From a bacterium (GTDB taxonomy: Bacteria; Margulisbacteria; Marinamargulisbacteria; GCA-2716485; JAYNIM01), in contig JAYNIM010000008.1 of the NCBI GenBank assembly GCA_038109055.1, positions 1 to 64,000 of the forward strand: a stretch of 64,000 nucleotides of DNA, in the 5' to 3' direction. Each line of letters begins with the position of its first letter. Positions within the stretch are counted from its first letter, which is position 1. A model generated the notes under the pieces. The model searched no databases, was not told the origin of the DNA, and was given only the letters and a program-made list of their open reading frames with translations. Below are positions 33,093-43,318 of this stretch, one piece after another. Made by a program: the position numbers and the translations under genes.

Positions 33093-35057
33093 TTATACAT
33101 CAATCCAACGCACATCTTTGGCGTATTTTTCAATAAACGCTTTTCTAGGGTCAACATCAGATCCCATTAATATCGAAAAGATTTCATCTGCCTGTTGGGC
33201 ATCAGCTAAATCAACCTGAAGCATGCTGCGCTTATCAGGATCCATGGTAGTTTCCCAAAGTTGATCTGGGTTCATTTCACCCAAGCCTTTATAACGTTGT
33301 AAAATGACTTTATCCTTTCCGATTTCGGCAAGTTTTTCTTCTAATTCTGTATCATTATACACATAGTGGCGAGCAGCGCCTTTTTTAATTAAATACAAAG
33401 GCGGTTGTGCAATGTACAATGCACCAGCCTCTATAATTTCACGGGCATGTCTAAAAAATAAGGTCAACAACAAGGTTCGGATATGAGCGCCATCGACATC
33501 CGCATCCGTCATAATAACAATTTTGTGATAGCGAAGCCGACTAAGCACATCAAAGGCTTCTTTTGTATCATCTGATTCTTCTTTTTCGTCATTGCTATTC
33601 ATTAAGCCGGACACAGCCGACGGTCCAATAGCCGTAATTAGGGTCCGAATTTCTTCATTCGCTAGAATTTTATCCATACGAGCTTTTTCAACGTTTAAAA
33701 CTTTACCGCGCAAGGGCAAAATAGCTTGAAAATTACGGTCACGCCCCTGCTTAGCAGAGCCACCAGCAGAATCACCCTCAACAATGTAGACTTCACAATT
33801 TGCAGGGTTGCTATCCGAACAATCAGCCAACTTTCCAGGTAGGGTAGTGCTTTCAAGACTTGATTTGCGTCTGACCAGATCTTGAGCTTTACGGGTTGCT
33901 TCACGTACACGCTGAGCGATCAATGCTTTATTAACAATCGCCTTGCCCACCTTTGGATGAGTTTCTAAATAGTCTCCCAGTCCTTGATCTATCAAGGAGT
34001 CAACCAGACCCTTAACTTCAGCATTGCCTAATTTTGTTTTAGTTTGACCTTCAAATTGAGGATCTCTTAATTTGATACTAATGACAGCAGTTAAGCCTTC
34101 GCGTAAGTCAGCGCCCGATAAATTACTTTGATTCCCTTTGATAAGGTCATATTTTTTGGAAAAACTGTTAACCACTCTTGTCAAAGCCGAACGAAATCCA
34201 GAAACATGTGTGCCCCCTTCTTTTGTGCGAATATTATTGGCAAAGGAATATACATTTTCGTCATAATGATCCGAGACATACTGTAAGGCAACTTCAACTT
34301 CGTAGGTGTCACGGGTCTTTTTTAGATATATTGCCGGTGAAAACAAGGCTTCTTTATGCTCGTTCATCTGCTCTACATACGACTGGATACCTCCATCAAA
34401 ACGATAGGTTTGCGTGTAAGGCTCTTCACCACGTAGATCATGAAAATGTATAACAACCCCACGGTTTAAAAAGGCCAGTTCTTTCAAACGATGGTCAATA
34501 ACATCTTTCGTAAATTCAATATCATCAAAAATCTGAGTGTCAGGTAAAAACCGCACTTTAGTTCCAGTGCCATCTATAGAAGGCGGCAAAAAGTCACCGA
34601 CTGCTTTTTTTGGAGTACCTCGAAAATATGTTTGTTTGTAACATTTGTTATCTCGATGAACCTCAACTTCAACCCATTCAGATAAGGCATTAACAACAGA
34701 AATTCCAACGCCATGCAATCCGCCTGAAACCTTGTATCCTTCTCCTTCAAATTTACCCCCAGCATGTAAGGTCGTCATAACGACCTCAACAGCAGGGATG
34801 CCTTTTTCTTTATGTATATCCGTAGGAATGCCCCGGCCATTATCACTTACACTACAAATATTGCCAGGCTCTAAGGTGACATGAACGTCCGTACAGTATC
34901 CAGCCATCGCTTCATCAATGCTATTATCAACAACTTCAAAGATAAGATGGTTAAGCCCCGATTTTCCTGTAGAGCCAATGTACATGCCGGGACGCTTACG
35001 AACGGCTTCTAATCCCTCTAATACCTTAATATGATCGGCTTTATATTCGTTAGTCAT
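33093..35057 (-). CDS. gyrB: DNA gyrase subunit B
   Basis: EAVRKRPGMYIG, GGLHGVG, EGDSAGG, PLRGK, MTDADVDG, YKGLGEMN. Confidence 0.98.
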   Translation of the reverse strand: MTNEYKADHIKVLEGLEAVRKRPGMYIGSTGKSGLNHLIFEVVDNSIDEAMAGYCTDVHVTLEPGNICSVSDNGRGIPTDIHKEKGIPAVEVVMTTLHAGGKFEGEGYKVSGGLHGVGISVVNALSEWVEVEVHRDNKCYKQTYFRGTPKKAVGDFLPPSIDGTGTKVRFLPDTQIFDDIEFTKDVIDHRLKELAFLNRGVVIHFHDLRGEEPYTQTYRFDGGIQSYVEQMNEHKEALFSPAIYLKKTRDTYEVEVALQYVSDHYDENVYSFANNIRTKEGGTHVSGFRSALTRVVNSFSKKYDLIKGNQSNLSGADLREGLTAVISIKLRDPQFEGQTKTKLGNAEVKGLVDSLIDQGLGDYLETHPKVGKAIVNKALIAQRVREATRKAQDLVRRKSSLESTTLPGKLADCSDSNPANCEVYIVEGDSAGGSAKQGRDRNFQAILPLRGKVLNVEKARMDKILANEEIRTLITAIGPSAVSGLMNSNDEKEESDDTKEAFDVLSRLRYHKIVIMTDADVDGAHIRTLLLTLFFRHAREIIEAGALYIAQPPLYLIKKGAARHYVYNDTELEEKLAEIGKDKVILQRYKGLGEMNPDQLWETTMDPDKRSMLQVDLADAQQADEIFSILMGSDVDPRKAFIEKYAKDVRWIDV

Positions 35058-35168
35058 ATAATTTTTTTTTATTCATTTAAAAGTCTAGCATAGCACAAAG
35101 CTAAAATAATGCATAGACGATATAAGAAATAAAGCGACATGTATGGCATCATTGATAAGCAAGCAGGG

Positions 35169-35384
35169 CTAAATTGAGGGGGCACCGCCACCTACAAAAT
35201 GCACAATTTCCAAAACATCGCCATCCTTCACAGAAAGGGATTTGAACATGTTTTTTTGATGCCAGGTTCCATTAAGTTCAACGGATACCTGCAGCGGATT
35301 CAGATTGAAATGGGTTAAAACAGAATGGACAGAGGTCTGCTCTAAAGAAAGTGTATGAGAATGGCCATTAATAACAAGCTTCAT
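35169..35384 (-). CDS. thiS: Sulfur carrier protein ThiS with C-terminal extension
   Basis: MKLVING..VELNG..DGDVLEIVHFVGGG followed by APSI; ATGA-coupled to lepB. Confidence 0.85.
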   Translation of the reverse strand: MKLVINGHSHTLSLEQTSVHSVLTHFNLNPLQVSVELNGTWHQKNMFKSLSVKDGDVLEIVHFVGGGAPSI

Positions 35385-35962
35385 CGAAGAATACGCATGT
35401 GTTTAAAGGGCCAAAACGTGTACCAAGCTTTACCAACAAGATCATCTTCTGGAACAAAGCCCCAAACACGAGAATCGGCAGAATGAGCACGGTTATCACC
35501 TAAGACAAAATAATGCCCATCAGGAACTTCAACGGGGCCATAATAGCTGTAATCCCTTTTTACCAGAACACCTGGCAAAATCAATTGCTTGCCGTTAATA
35601 AAAACTATCCCTTTTTCCAACATGACAGTTTCCCCAGGTAGGCCAATACAGCGCTTTACATATTCCTTTTTATCTTTATAGGGGGATTTAAATACCACAA
35701 TATCACCACGATTAGGGGACGACCAATAGTAGGGGAGTTTATTAACAAAGAGCCGGTCTCGTATCTGTAGCGTAGGAATCATAGACCCCGTGGGAATTAA
35801 CGATGTTTGGATGGCAACTGCACGAATAAATAATGCGGCAACCAAGGCAACCAAGAGAGCTTCAGCTAAGTCGAACAGATGATAAACAGCCTTTCTTTTT
35901 GTTTTTAGGCTATTTTTATAATGTTTCCAACGATGTATATTTTTTCGAATAAGTGCTATCAT
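35381..35962 (-). CDS. lepB: Signal peptidase I
   Basis: TM, IPTGSMIPTL (Ser), YVKRCIGLPGE (Lys), GDNRAHSADSR. Confidence 0.95.
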   Translation of the reverse strand: MIALIRKNIHRWKHYKNSLKTKRKAVYHLFDLAEALLVALVAALFIRAVAIQTSLIPTGSMIPTLQIRDRLFVNKLPYYWSSPNRGDIVVFKSPYKDKKEYVKRCIGLPGETVMLEKGIVFINGKQLILPGVLVKRDYSYYGPVEVPDGHYFVLGDNRAHSADSRVWGFVPEDDLVGKAWYTFWPFKHMRILR

Positions 35963-36012
35963 AACGATGAAATTTTTAATATAAACTAGCATGTTTACAC
36001 AAGTTCGTCGAA

Positions 36013-37293
36013 ATGATTTCTAAACTTTGCATATTTGAAGATCAAAAATATCAAGACCTTGCCCCATTAAATTTTGTAAGGGCCTGTTATGATTTACGCA
36101 CAGGCTTTGATACATTATTTGATAAAATAAAAGCCCCTTTTCCAGATGCAACCTTAAGTTGTTTTTGTCGGCCAGAAATTCAAGCCTTTGTAGCGAAAGA
36201 ACATCCGAATACCTTTATTAATAAATTGAATAAAGGGAGTGATTGTTTATTTATAAATGGACGCATTTTAATGGATTCTATCCTTGAAGAGTCTATCAAA
36301 AATATTGATACCAGCCAAAATGCATTACTCACATATCAAGGCCAGGTTATAGCTGTATTTGCAAGAGGCGATGAGTTGGAATTCATGGAGATGGCCTTAA
36401 AGAGCCCCATTGTGTCATCTGAAATCATTGCTCACTTTAGGAAAAAGGCAATATGCAAAGAATTGTCTCACTGCAGATTAATTCAATGGCCCTGGGACCT
36501 CATTTATTTTAATGCCCAAACAATCGGAAATGATTTTAAACGCTATAATCAACCAGGCATTATCAAAGGAAAAGTATGCCCTTTTACAGCGATTTATAAC
36601 GAAAATCAAGTATTTATAGACCAGGATGCCTATGTGGAAGATTTTGTTGTGCTAGATGCAAGAAAAGGCCCTATTTTCATCTGCAAAGGGGCGCAGATAT
36701 TAGCTCATACCCGGATTGAAGGGCCTGCATATATAGGTAATAATACCCACGTCATAGCCGGACAAATCACAGCAAGTAGTATTGGGCCTGATTGCAAAAT
36801 TGCCGGGGAAGTCAGCCATTGTGTATTTCAACGTTTTTCTAACAAAGCCCATAATGGCTTTCTTGGGCATTCATTTGTTGGAGAATGGGTTAATTTAGGG
36901 GCAAATACATGTACGTCAAATTTAAAGGCAAATTACAAAAATATAAAAGTGACGAAGGAGCTAAAAGAAACAAACACAGGGCTACAATTTTTAGGGGCTA
37001 TTATAGCAGACCATGTAAAGACAAGTATTAACACAATGCTAAATACAGGCAGCATGATCAGTTTTGCTGCAACGCTTTTAGATACAGGTTTTCATAGCAA
37101 ATATGTGGCGCCTTTTTCCTGGGGAAAAGCGAACAACTACGAATTAATTAAACTAAACTCTTTCTTAGAAACTGCATCATTAATGATGCAACGTCGGGGA
37201 GAGACTTTAAGCGAAGCCCAAAGTGACTGTCTATCTAAACTTCATGAAGAAGCTAAGAACAAATTAACATATAAGCATGTATTAAAAGCATGA
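36013..37293 (+). CDS. GlmU-related putative sugar nucleotidyltransferase with hexapeptide-repeat domain
   Basis: FED..LAPL..LRTG, INGR, WDL, GPAYIG, NKAHNGFLGHSFVGEWVNLGA, MMQRR. Confidence 0.85.
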   Translation: MISKLCIFEDQKYQDLAPLNFVRACYDLRTGFDTLFDKIKAPFPDATLSCFCRPEIQAFVAKEHPNTFINKLNKGSDCLFINGRILMDSILEESIKNIDTSQNALLTYQGQVIAVFARGDELEFMEMALKSPIVSSEIIAHFRKKAICKELSHCRLIQWPWDLIYFNAQTIGNDFKRYNQPGIIKGKVCPFTAIYNENQVFIDQDAYVEDFVVLDARKGPIFICKGAQILAHTRIEGPAYIGNNTHVIAGQITASSIGPDCKIAGEVSHCVFQRFSNKAHNGFLGHSFVGEWVNLGANTCTSNLKANYKNIKVTKELKETNTGLQFLGAIIADHVKTSINTMLNTGSMISFAATLLDTGFHSKYVAPFSWGKANNYELIKLNSFLETASLMMQRRGETLSEAQSDCLSKLHEEAKNKLTYKHVLKA

Positions 37294-38831
37294 GCCTCTT
37301 TGCTACCTTACAACAAAGCAGATTCCAGGAACAATTAAAAAAATACAACACTCAGAAAGCAAAACTTTGTCATCTATTAACGCCACAAAGGTTAAGTAAA
37401 TATGTCATCTATAATCGTTACCTGGCATATTATTATGCCACGAATCAGATAGAGACAGAGAGTCTACAATTATTTCAAGAAATCACAGATGAATTACAGG
37501 TAATCCCCCGCTACCAGGCCTTGCTCTCAGGACAACGCAGTAACATCAGTGAAAATCGTCAGGTAAATCATCACAAAACCCGATCACAAGACCGAGGGTT
37601 TTACGGCGAACAACAAGCACGAATAGCCGATTTTGCAAAAAAAGTTCATCAAGGAAAGATCCACGCCCCGTCTGGAAAGCCATTTAAGCATCTTATCTTA
37701 ATAGGGATTGGCGGCTCGTATTTATCTGTCGAAGCTTTTTATGAAGCCTTAAACGTCTATGCGGTTGCAACAGACTTACACTGTAAACTAACCATAGATT
37801 TTGTGGCCAATATTGATCCCTTGGATCTCGCAGTAAAATTACAAGAGCGCCCTTTTGATCAAACATTGTTTCTGGTAATTTCTAAGAGTGGAAGTACGCA
37901 GGAAATTGCCGAAAATATCACCGCCTTAGAAACAGCAGCCCAAAAACAAAACATCGATCAAGAGACCTTAGCAGAACAATCAATATGTGTCACCTGTGAA
38001 GGAAGCCCACTTGATAATCCTGCCCGATTTTGCCAACGATTTTACATAGATGATGCGATTGGTGGCCGGTATTCGCTGACCTCAGCTGTAGGGATATTGC
38101 CCTTAAGCTTACGTTTTGGTAGTAGCTGTGTCGAGGCCATATTAACAGGTGCCTTTAGTATGGATAAGGCAGCTAAAAATCCTGATATTACGCAAAATAT
38201 GGCGCTTTTAGATGCCTTTATTGGGATATGGGAACATAGTTTTTTAGGGTATCAAAGTAAAGCCATTATTCCTTACAGTACGGCATTACATCGATTTCCG
38301 GCACATTTACAACAACTCATATGTGAAAGCAATGGCAAGTCTGTCTTAGCGACAAGCGAAGCTTTAGCCTACACAGGGAGCCCTCTCATTTTTGGTGAGC
38401 CCGGTACCCAAGCTCAGCATTCATTTTTTCAACAGCTGCATCAAGGGAAGGAGATTGTCCCTATTCAATTTATCGGCTTTAAAGAAACACTTTTGGAAAC
38501 AAGCGCTGCCAAAGAGGCTCATCAAAAATTAAACACCAACATGTTAGCGCAAATGATGGCCTTAGCCTTAGGAAAGGAAAGTGAGGACCCCAATCAGCAT
38601 TTTCCGGGAAATAGACCTAGTACCCTCCTGCTAGGACGCACACTAAGTCCAGAAGCCTTGGGCGCCATGTTAGCCTTTTATGAAAACAAAACCATGTTCG
38701 AAGGGTTTTTACTCGGCATAAACAGTTTTGATCAGCCAGGCGTCCAATTAGGCAAGAAATTATGCCAACGATTTTTAGAGGAGGAAGACTTAAATCCTTT
38801 AGAAAAAGGCTTTTGTAACCTGCTTGAGTAG
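37290..38831 (+). CDS. pgi: Glucose-6-phosphate isomerase
   Basis: IGIGGS, SKSGST, IGGRYS, QQLICESNGK, QHSFFQ, NSFDQPGVQLGK. Confidence 0.96.
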   Translation: MSLFATLQQSRFQEQLKKYNTQKAKLCHLLTPQRLSKYVIYNRYLAYYYATNQIETESLQLFQEITDELQVIPRYQALLSGQRSNISENRQVNHHKTRSQDRGFYGEQQARIADFAKKVHQGKIHAPSGKPFKHLILIGIGGSYLSVEAFYEALNVYAVATDLHCKLTIDFVANIDPLDLAVKLQERPFDQTLFLVISKSGSTQEIAENITALETAAQKQNIDQETLAEQSICVTCEGSPLDNPARFCQRFYIDDAIGGRYSLTSAVGILPLSLRFGSSCVEAILTGAFSMDKAAKNPDITQNMALLDAFIGIWEHSFLGYQSKAIIPYSTALHRFPAHLQQLICESNGKSVLATSEALAYTGSPLIFGEPGTQAQHSFFQQLHQGKEIVPIQFIGFKETLLETSAAKEAHQKLNTNMLAQMMALALGKESEDPNQHFPGNRPSTLLLGRTLSPEALGAMLAFYENKTMFEGFLLGINSFDQPGVQLGKKLCQRFLEEEDLNPLEKGFCNLLE

Positions 38832-39003
38832 TTGCAAAGCAGAACCTCTGTTATCAGGACACTAAGACGGATAACAGACAAGCCTAAGGAACAAGGTGGA
38901 AATGATATAAATATACCTATGAAGAATAGGTAAGTCAGCCAAGATCTAAAAACAAATAAAGTAGAGAATAAATTAGCATGAGAACATGCGGTGAAAGAAT
39001 CAC

Positions 39004-39090
39004 TGGTGGAGGGAGCTGGATTCGAACCAACGTAGAGATAAACTCGGCAGATTTACAGTCTGCTGCGATTGACCGCTCCGCCATCCCTCC
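39004..39090 (-). tRNA. tRNA-Tyr (GTA)
   Basis: GGAGGGATGGCGGAGCGGTCAATCGCAGCAGACTGTAAATCTGC..GGTTCGAATCCAGCTCCCTCCACCA. Confidence 0.96.
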
Positions 39091-39123
39091 AAAGAGATGG
39101 TGCATCAAAAATGCACTGATACA

Positions 39124-39152
39124 AGCCTACGAATCTTCCAGAAAACTGTCAA
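39124..39152 (-). promoter_or_regulatory. sigma70-type promoter of tRNA-Tyr
   Basis: TTGACA-17 nt-TAGGCT. Confidence 0.6.
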
Positions 39153-39195
39153 TATTCCGACCTATAAAAATTAAAAAGAACAGTAATGAAACGAC

Positions 39196-39966
39196 TTAAG
39201 TCTTAATTCGAATTCCTTTTGCCAACATCCAATAGCAAAGACCGAACATCACACAGACCATGACCGAGAGCGTAAACAAGGCAGGGCGAACAGGAATATC
39301 ACTAATCCCTAAAAAGGCATAACGAAGCAGGTTGACCAAATATAAAATAGGGTTAAATAAAGATAATTTTTGCCAAAAAGGAGGCAGCATCGAAATAGAA
39401 TAAAAGACACCTCCTAAATACGTGAACGGCGTTAAGACAAAGCTGGGGATCAGCGCAATATCGTCAAAGCGATTGGCAAAAATCCCAGTAAAAAGCCCAA
39501 AAAGAGAAAAGAGTAAGGCTGTTAAGCTGATACAAAGAATCATTAAGCTAAAATCATAGATAGCAAGGGGGACAAATAGTAGGGAAACTGTTGTAACAAG
39601 CGTGGCGACTAATATGCCACGGACAAACCCCCCACTCACATAGCCCAAAAGGATGATCAGGGGATGTAAGGGTGCAACCAAAAGCTCTTCGATACTTTTT
39701 TGGAATTTAGAGGTAAAAAAAGTGGAAGCAACATTGCTAAACGAATTCGATACAATGGCCAGCATAATCAAACCAGGCAAGAGAAAGGCCATATATGAAA
39801 CCTCCATAAACGGCGCAATACGATCCCCAATAAAGCTACCAAAGATCAAGAAATACAAGGTAATATTGACGACAGACGATAGCAGGGTCTGTGTCCAAAT
39901 ACGAAAAATACGGACGATTTCTTTTTTCATTAAGGTAAACAAGCCACACAATTGTATCTGAATCAT
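39196..39966 (-). CDS. ABC-2 transporter permease (YadH-like)
   Basis: KEIVRIFRIWTQTL, EELLVAP, LTPFTYLGGVFYSI, NPILY; six TM segments. Confidence 0.92.
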   Translation of the reverse strand: MIQIQLCGLFTLMKKEIVRIFRIWTQTLLSSVVNITLYFLIFGSFIGDRIAPFMEVSYMAFLLPGLIMLAIVSNSFSNVASTFFTSKFQKSIEELLVAPLHPLIILLGYVSGGFVRGILVATLVTTVSLLFVPLAIYDFSLMILCISLTALLFSLFGLFTGIFANRFDDIALIPSFVLTPFTYLGGVFYSISMLPPFWQKLSLFNPILYLVNLLRYAFLGISDIPVRPALFTLSVMVCVMFGLCYWMLAKGIRIKT

Positions 39967-40883
39967 GGGGTCACCAAATTTAAAAAGAGTTCCTCGAGAC
40001 GATTTGCGGTGTTTTGAGTACGAATAACCCGAATATTTTGCTGGTTTAAGGCCAAAATAAGATCACCTAAAGCTTGCCCACGTCCCAAACGAACTTTGAG
40101 TTGCTGATTAGACACAATACTAATGTCAAAGTCGGGAAGAACCGGTGATGGATCAAAGGGCTGACAAAAAAGGAGTAATGTTTCTTGTTTTAAACTGTCT
40201 AGTAAGGTAGTTGTCGGGCCAGTTTCAAGTACTTCTCCTTTATCCATAATCGCGAGATGTTTACAAAGTTTTTCAGCTTCTTCAAGGTAGTGGGTGGTTA
40301 AAATAATACTTAAGCCTTGCTCGTTTAACTCTTGCAAGAACTCCCATAATAAATGTCGAATAGAGATATCGACACCAGCTGTAGGTTCATCCAAGATAAG
40401 CAATTTAGGGGCAACCACCAAGGCCCGTACTATCATCAAACGACGCTTGAGGCCACCAGACAAGGTGCCTGCAGGCTGATTGCGTTTGTCCCACAAACCA
40501 AGTTTTTTTAAATAAATATTGGCCCGTTCTTTAGCCAGGCCCTGAGGAACCCCATAATAACCCGCATGATTACAAATTATCTGCATACAGGGCTCGAAAA
40601 TACTAAAATTAAATTCTTGAGGAACCACTCCCAAAAAACGACGAGCAGCCAAAGGCTCTGTATCTACATCAATACCAAAGGTACGAACAGTCCCTGCACT
40701 TTTCGTGATCAACCCACATAAAATACCAATCAGGGTTGATTTTCCAGCACCATTAGGCCCCAATAAACCAAAAAAACTACCTTGCTCAATCGTTAAATCA
40801 ATTTTGCTAAGGGCCACAGTGCGATTTTGGTAGATCTTATGCAGGCCCTGAATATCAACCGCAATAGGGGGGGCGGTTGTCAT
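39963..40883 (-). CDS. ABC transporter ATP-binding protein (YadG-like)
   Basis: GPNGAGKST, VPQEFNF, LSGGLKRR, ILDEPTAGVD, TTHYLEEAE; start at 40883 or 40922. Confidence 0.93.
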   Translation of the reverse strand: MTTAPPIAVDIQGLHKIYQNRTVALSKIDLTIEQGSFFGLLGPNGAGKSTLIGILCGLITKSAGTVRTFGIDVDTEPLAARRFLGVVPQEFNFSIFEPCMQIICNHAGYYGVPQGLAKERANIYLKKLGLWDKRNQPAGTLSGGLKRRLMIVRALVVAPKLLILDEPTAGVDISIRHLLWEFLQELNEQGLSIILTTHYLEEAEKLCKHLAIMDKGEVLETGPTTTLLDSLKQETLLLFCQPFDPSPVLPDFDISIVSNQQLKVRLGRGQALGDLILALNQQNIRVIRTQNTANRLEELFLNLVTP

Positions 40884-40972
40884 AGTTGATGAGGGGGGAA
40901 ACAACGGTTTGTAAAACGACACATATACTTTTATCCTTTAAATTAAACTAAAGAGTAAGGTAAAGTAGAAAG

Positions 40973-41935
40973 ATGGGCAAGTTTTTTATCATTTACGGAG
41001 ACGAACCTTTTTTTATTGAGCAAGAGGTTCAAGCAGTAAAGTCGGCGTATAGCTCTGAACAAGTAGAGGTCATGGAATCACAGGTGCCCTTATCACACTT
41101 ATACCAAAATGTGGCCTCAGACAGCTTGTTTGGAGCCCGCAAATTAATTGTGATCAACAATCCTTGGTTTCTGTTAAAAAAAACAGAGGAAAAACAATTA
41201 ACGATGCTGTGGGAAACCTTAGAAACACTCAAAACGGTGGACCACGCCTTGTTACTATATTGCAATGGCAATATTGATCAGCGTCTCAAGCAGGTCAAAA
41301 CTATCTGCAAATATGCAGACGTAAAAATCTGTAAGGGGTTTAAAGCCTGGGAACAAGGGAAACTATTGGCATGGATCAAACAACAGTTACAAAAAGCTGG
41401 CAAACAGGTCACGCAGGAGGCCTTGCTGGCATTAGAACATACGGGAGGCGTTCATTTACAACATGTCGCAAAAGAGTGTGAAAAACTTTGCATATATGTG
41501 GGTGAAAAAGCAAAGATTGAACTTGCAGATGTACAAGCCGCTTGTTCAGGATCGGCGGCAACTGTGTTTAAATTCAACGAAGCATTTCAACAAGCAAATT
41601 ACCAACAAAGCATGGAGTTGGTGCATAGCTTACTTGAACAAGGAGAAGATCCTGTTCGATTGATTGGGTTGATGGCCAGTAATTTTCGCTTTTATTTACA
41701 CGCACTTAGCCTCATCAATGAAAAGAAATCTACTGCAGAGATTGCCAAAGAGTTACAAAAAAATAGCTACTATTTGCAAAAGGTACTTCCGGCAATCAAA
41801 AAAGGCTTTACAATCGAAACATTAAAACAATCGATCATTCACTTAGCAACGCTAGATTTTCAGATTAAATCAGGCCAAATAGCCGCAAAACGAGCTGTTT
41901 ATCTGGCCATTAGCGGACTTTCTGGTCCATCATGA
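40973..41935 (+). CDS. holA: DNA polymerase III subunit delta
   Basis: IYGDEPFFI, SLFGARKL, KECEKL, VFKFNEA, GEDP, DFQIKSG. Confidence 0.88.
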   Translation: MGKFFIIYGDEPFFIEQEVQAVKSAYSSEQVEVMESQVPLSHLYQNVASDSLFGARKLIVINNPWFLLKKTEEKQLTMLWETLETLKTVDHALLLYCNGNIDQRLKQVKTICKYADVKICKGFKAWEQGKLLAWIKQQLQKAGKQVTQEALLALEHTGGVHLQHVAKECEKLCIYVGEKAKIELADVQAACSGSAATVFKFNEAFQQANYQQSMELVHSLLEQGEDPVRLIGLMASNFRFYLHALSLINEKKSTAEIAKELQKNSYYLQKVLPAIKKGFTIETLKQSIIHLATLDFQIKSGQIAAKRAVYLAISGLSGPS

Positions 41936-42781
41936 GACCCATTCTAGCGAGGAATAGCCAAAGAAAGAGGCAACAGAAAGAGCTTTTTCCGCCTGGGAAA
42001 GCGATTTTTTATCAGCTCCTTTAAGATGATATAAATCAGAAATATTCATAAAATCAACACTCATGATGCCAGGGTTTTGATACGAATAGTGAACACGAGA
42101 GGACCAGTTTTTGATATGGCAGACATACACCGGTTTTTTATGGGAAAGATGCTGATCAATGAAGGGGAAAAGTGATTTAGAGACCTGGAAATGGTCACGA
42201 TAAACTGGATGATGCAGGCCTTCGTTCGCATAGGCATAGGTAAGATATCCCGAACTTAACAACTGGGAGAGTCGGGATTGCTGTTGTTTGAAGCGTTGAT
42301 CAGGAAAGCTCACCCAAGATAAGGGCCAAGAGATATGCAGGCAACAGATATTCAACAGACCAAAGGTGCGCATAAAGCCAGCAGGTCGAGGAATAAGGAT
42401 CAATTGTGGAAAATGGGCAAACAAAAACAAGGCTTGCCAGGGATCTTCTCGAAGCCCCAATATAAGGCTGCCAGGAGGTAAAGGAGGGATTTTTGTGTTG
42501 TGTTTAAGCGTTCTAATGCCTCGACAATACAACAAAAAACGACATTGCCATTGCAACAAAACAGCCAGAGCTCGCTTTGTCATAGACGGTAAGAGCAAGA
42601 GAAAGGGACAAAGGCATAAAAAAGACACATAAAACAAAAAACAAACAACAGCAACGACAAAAAGCAAACGCAAACCAAAGAAAGAACGTTGTTGAACAGC
42701 ATCATAATGCCTAATCGCATGCTGTAATTTTACCTGGTGATGGGCCCGTTCACGCTGCCAGTCTGGTGGATAGTCTGACAT
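41930..42781 (-). CDS. Membrane protein with a degenerate PlsC/LPLAT-like acyltransferase fold
   Basis: N-terminal TM, then spacing typical of LPLAT blocks (GIRT..PPGSLIL; YANEG for FPEG; KPVYVCHI), but no HxxxxD. Confidence 0.5.
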   Translation of the reverse strand: MSDYPPDWQRERAHHQVKLQHAIRHYDAVQQRSFFGLRLLFVVAVVCFLFYVSFLCLCPFLLLLPSMTKRALAVLLQWQCRFLLYCRGIRTLKHNTKIPPLPPGSLILGLREDPWQALFLFAHFPQLILIPRPAGFMRTFGLLNICCLHISWPLSWVSFPDQRFKQQQSRLSQLLSSGYLTYAYANEGLHHPVYRDHFQVSKSLFPFIDQHLSHKKPVYVCHIKNWSSRVHYSYQNPGIMSVDFMNISDLYHLKGADKKSLSQAEKALSVASFFGYSSLEWVS

Positions 42782-43315
42782 CTAAATCTCAAGTCCTTGT
42801 GCCTGATCTGACACAATTTTACCTTCGCGAAGCGTTAATTTATTTAGGTTCGTTTGACGATGTTTTAAGTGGGGCGTATTCGCACTGGGTTTAGAAGAGG
42901 TCGTTTGAGGAGATTGAGAGAGTTTGTTATCCACCGAGGGGGCCTTCTTTTTGAGAGTATGTCGCTGTGGCGTGGTTGAGCGAACTTGTATCGAACTAGA
43001 AGATAACGAATCAGATGGGGCTGAGGAGGAAGAAGGCCTAGAGGGCCTAGACAGAGGTTTAGGGGGTGTTTTGGGAGGAGAGGTAGGTACAGAAGGAGAT
43101 GGAGGATCAGAAGGGGGCTGAGACCTAGCGGGTGTAACAGAGGGAGGCTTAGGGGGTGAGATAAGTTGATCTGCGTCAAAGGGCACTTCAACATAGGGCT
43201 GAGACAGCCGGCGTTGAGCATCACGCAAAAAGTGTTTTAATGGCACAAATAGTTGTTGTTGTAGCACCTGCCCTAAACTAGAGGTGGAGGCGTCATCTGC
43301 TGCATCCTTAGACAT
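42782..43315 (-). CDS. Pro/Ser-rich, largely disordered hypothetical protein
   Basis: 177-aa ORF tightly packed between neighbours (0-3 nt gaps). Confidence 0.65.
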   Translation of the reverse strand: MSKDAADDASTSSLGQVLQQQLFVPLKHFLRDAQRRLSQPYVEVPFDADQLISPPKPPSVTPARSQPPSDPPSPSVPTSPPKTPPKPLSRPSRPSSSSAPSDSLSSSSIQVRSTTPQRHTLKKKAPSVDNKLSQSPQTTSSKPSANTPHLKHRQTNLNKLTLREGKIVSDQAQGLEI

Positions 43316-43318
43316 GGT

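Noticed and set aside
35058..35168. Replication origin near gyrB
   Set aside because: No dnaA/dnaN/recF adjacent and no DnaA-box cluster seen
38847..38878. Inverted repeat TCTGTTATC/GATAACAGA after pgi as a terminator
   Set aside because: AT-rich stem, 14-nt loop and no clear U-tract; too weak to call
39004..39090. tRNA-anchored genomic island (also considered for the Leu, Pro and fMet tRNAs)
   Set aside because: No integrase and no duplicated tRNA 3' end noticed; flanking genes are housekeeping
38978..39199. 73-aa ORF on the plus strand
   Set aside because: Antisense shadow of tRNA-Tyr and its promoter
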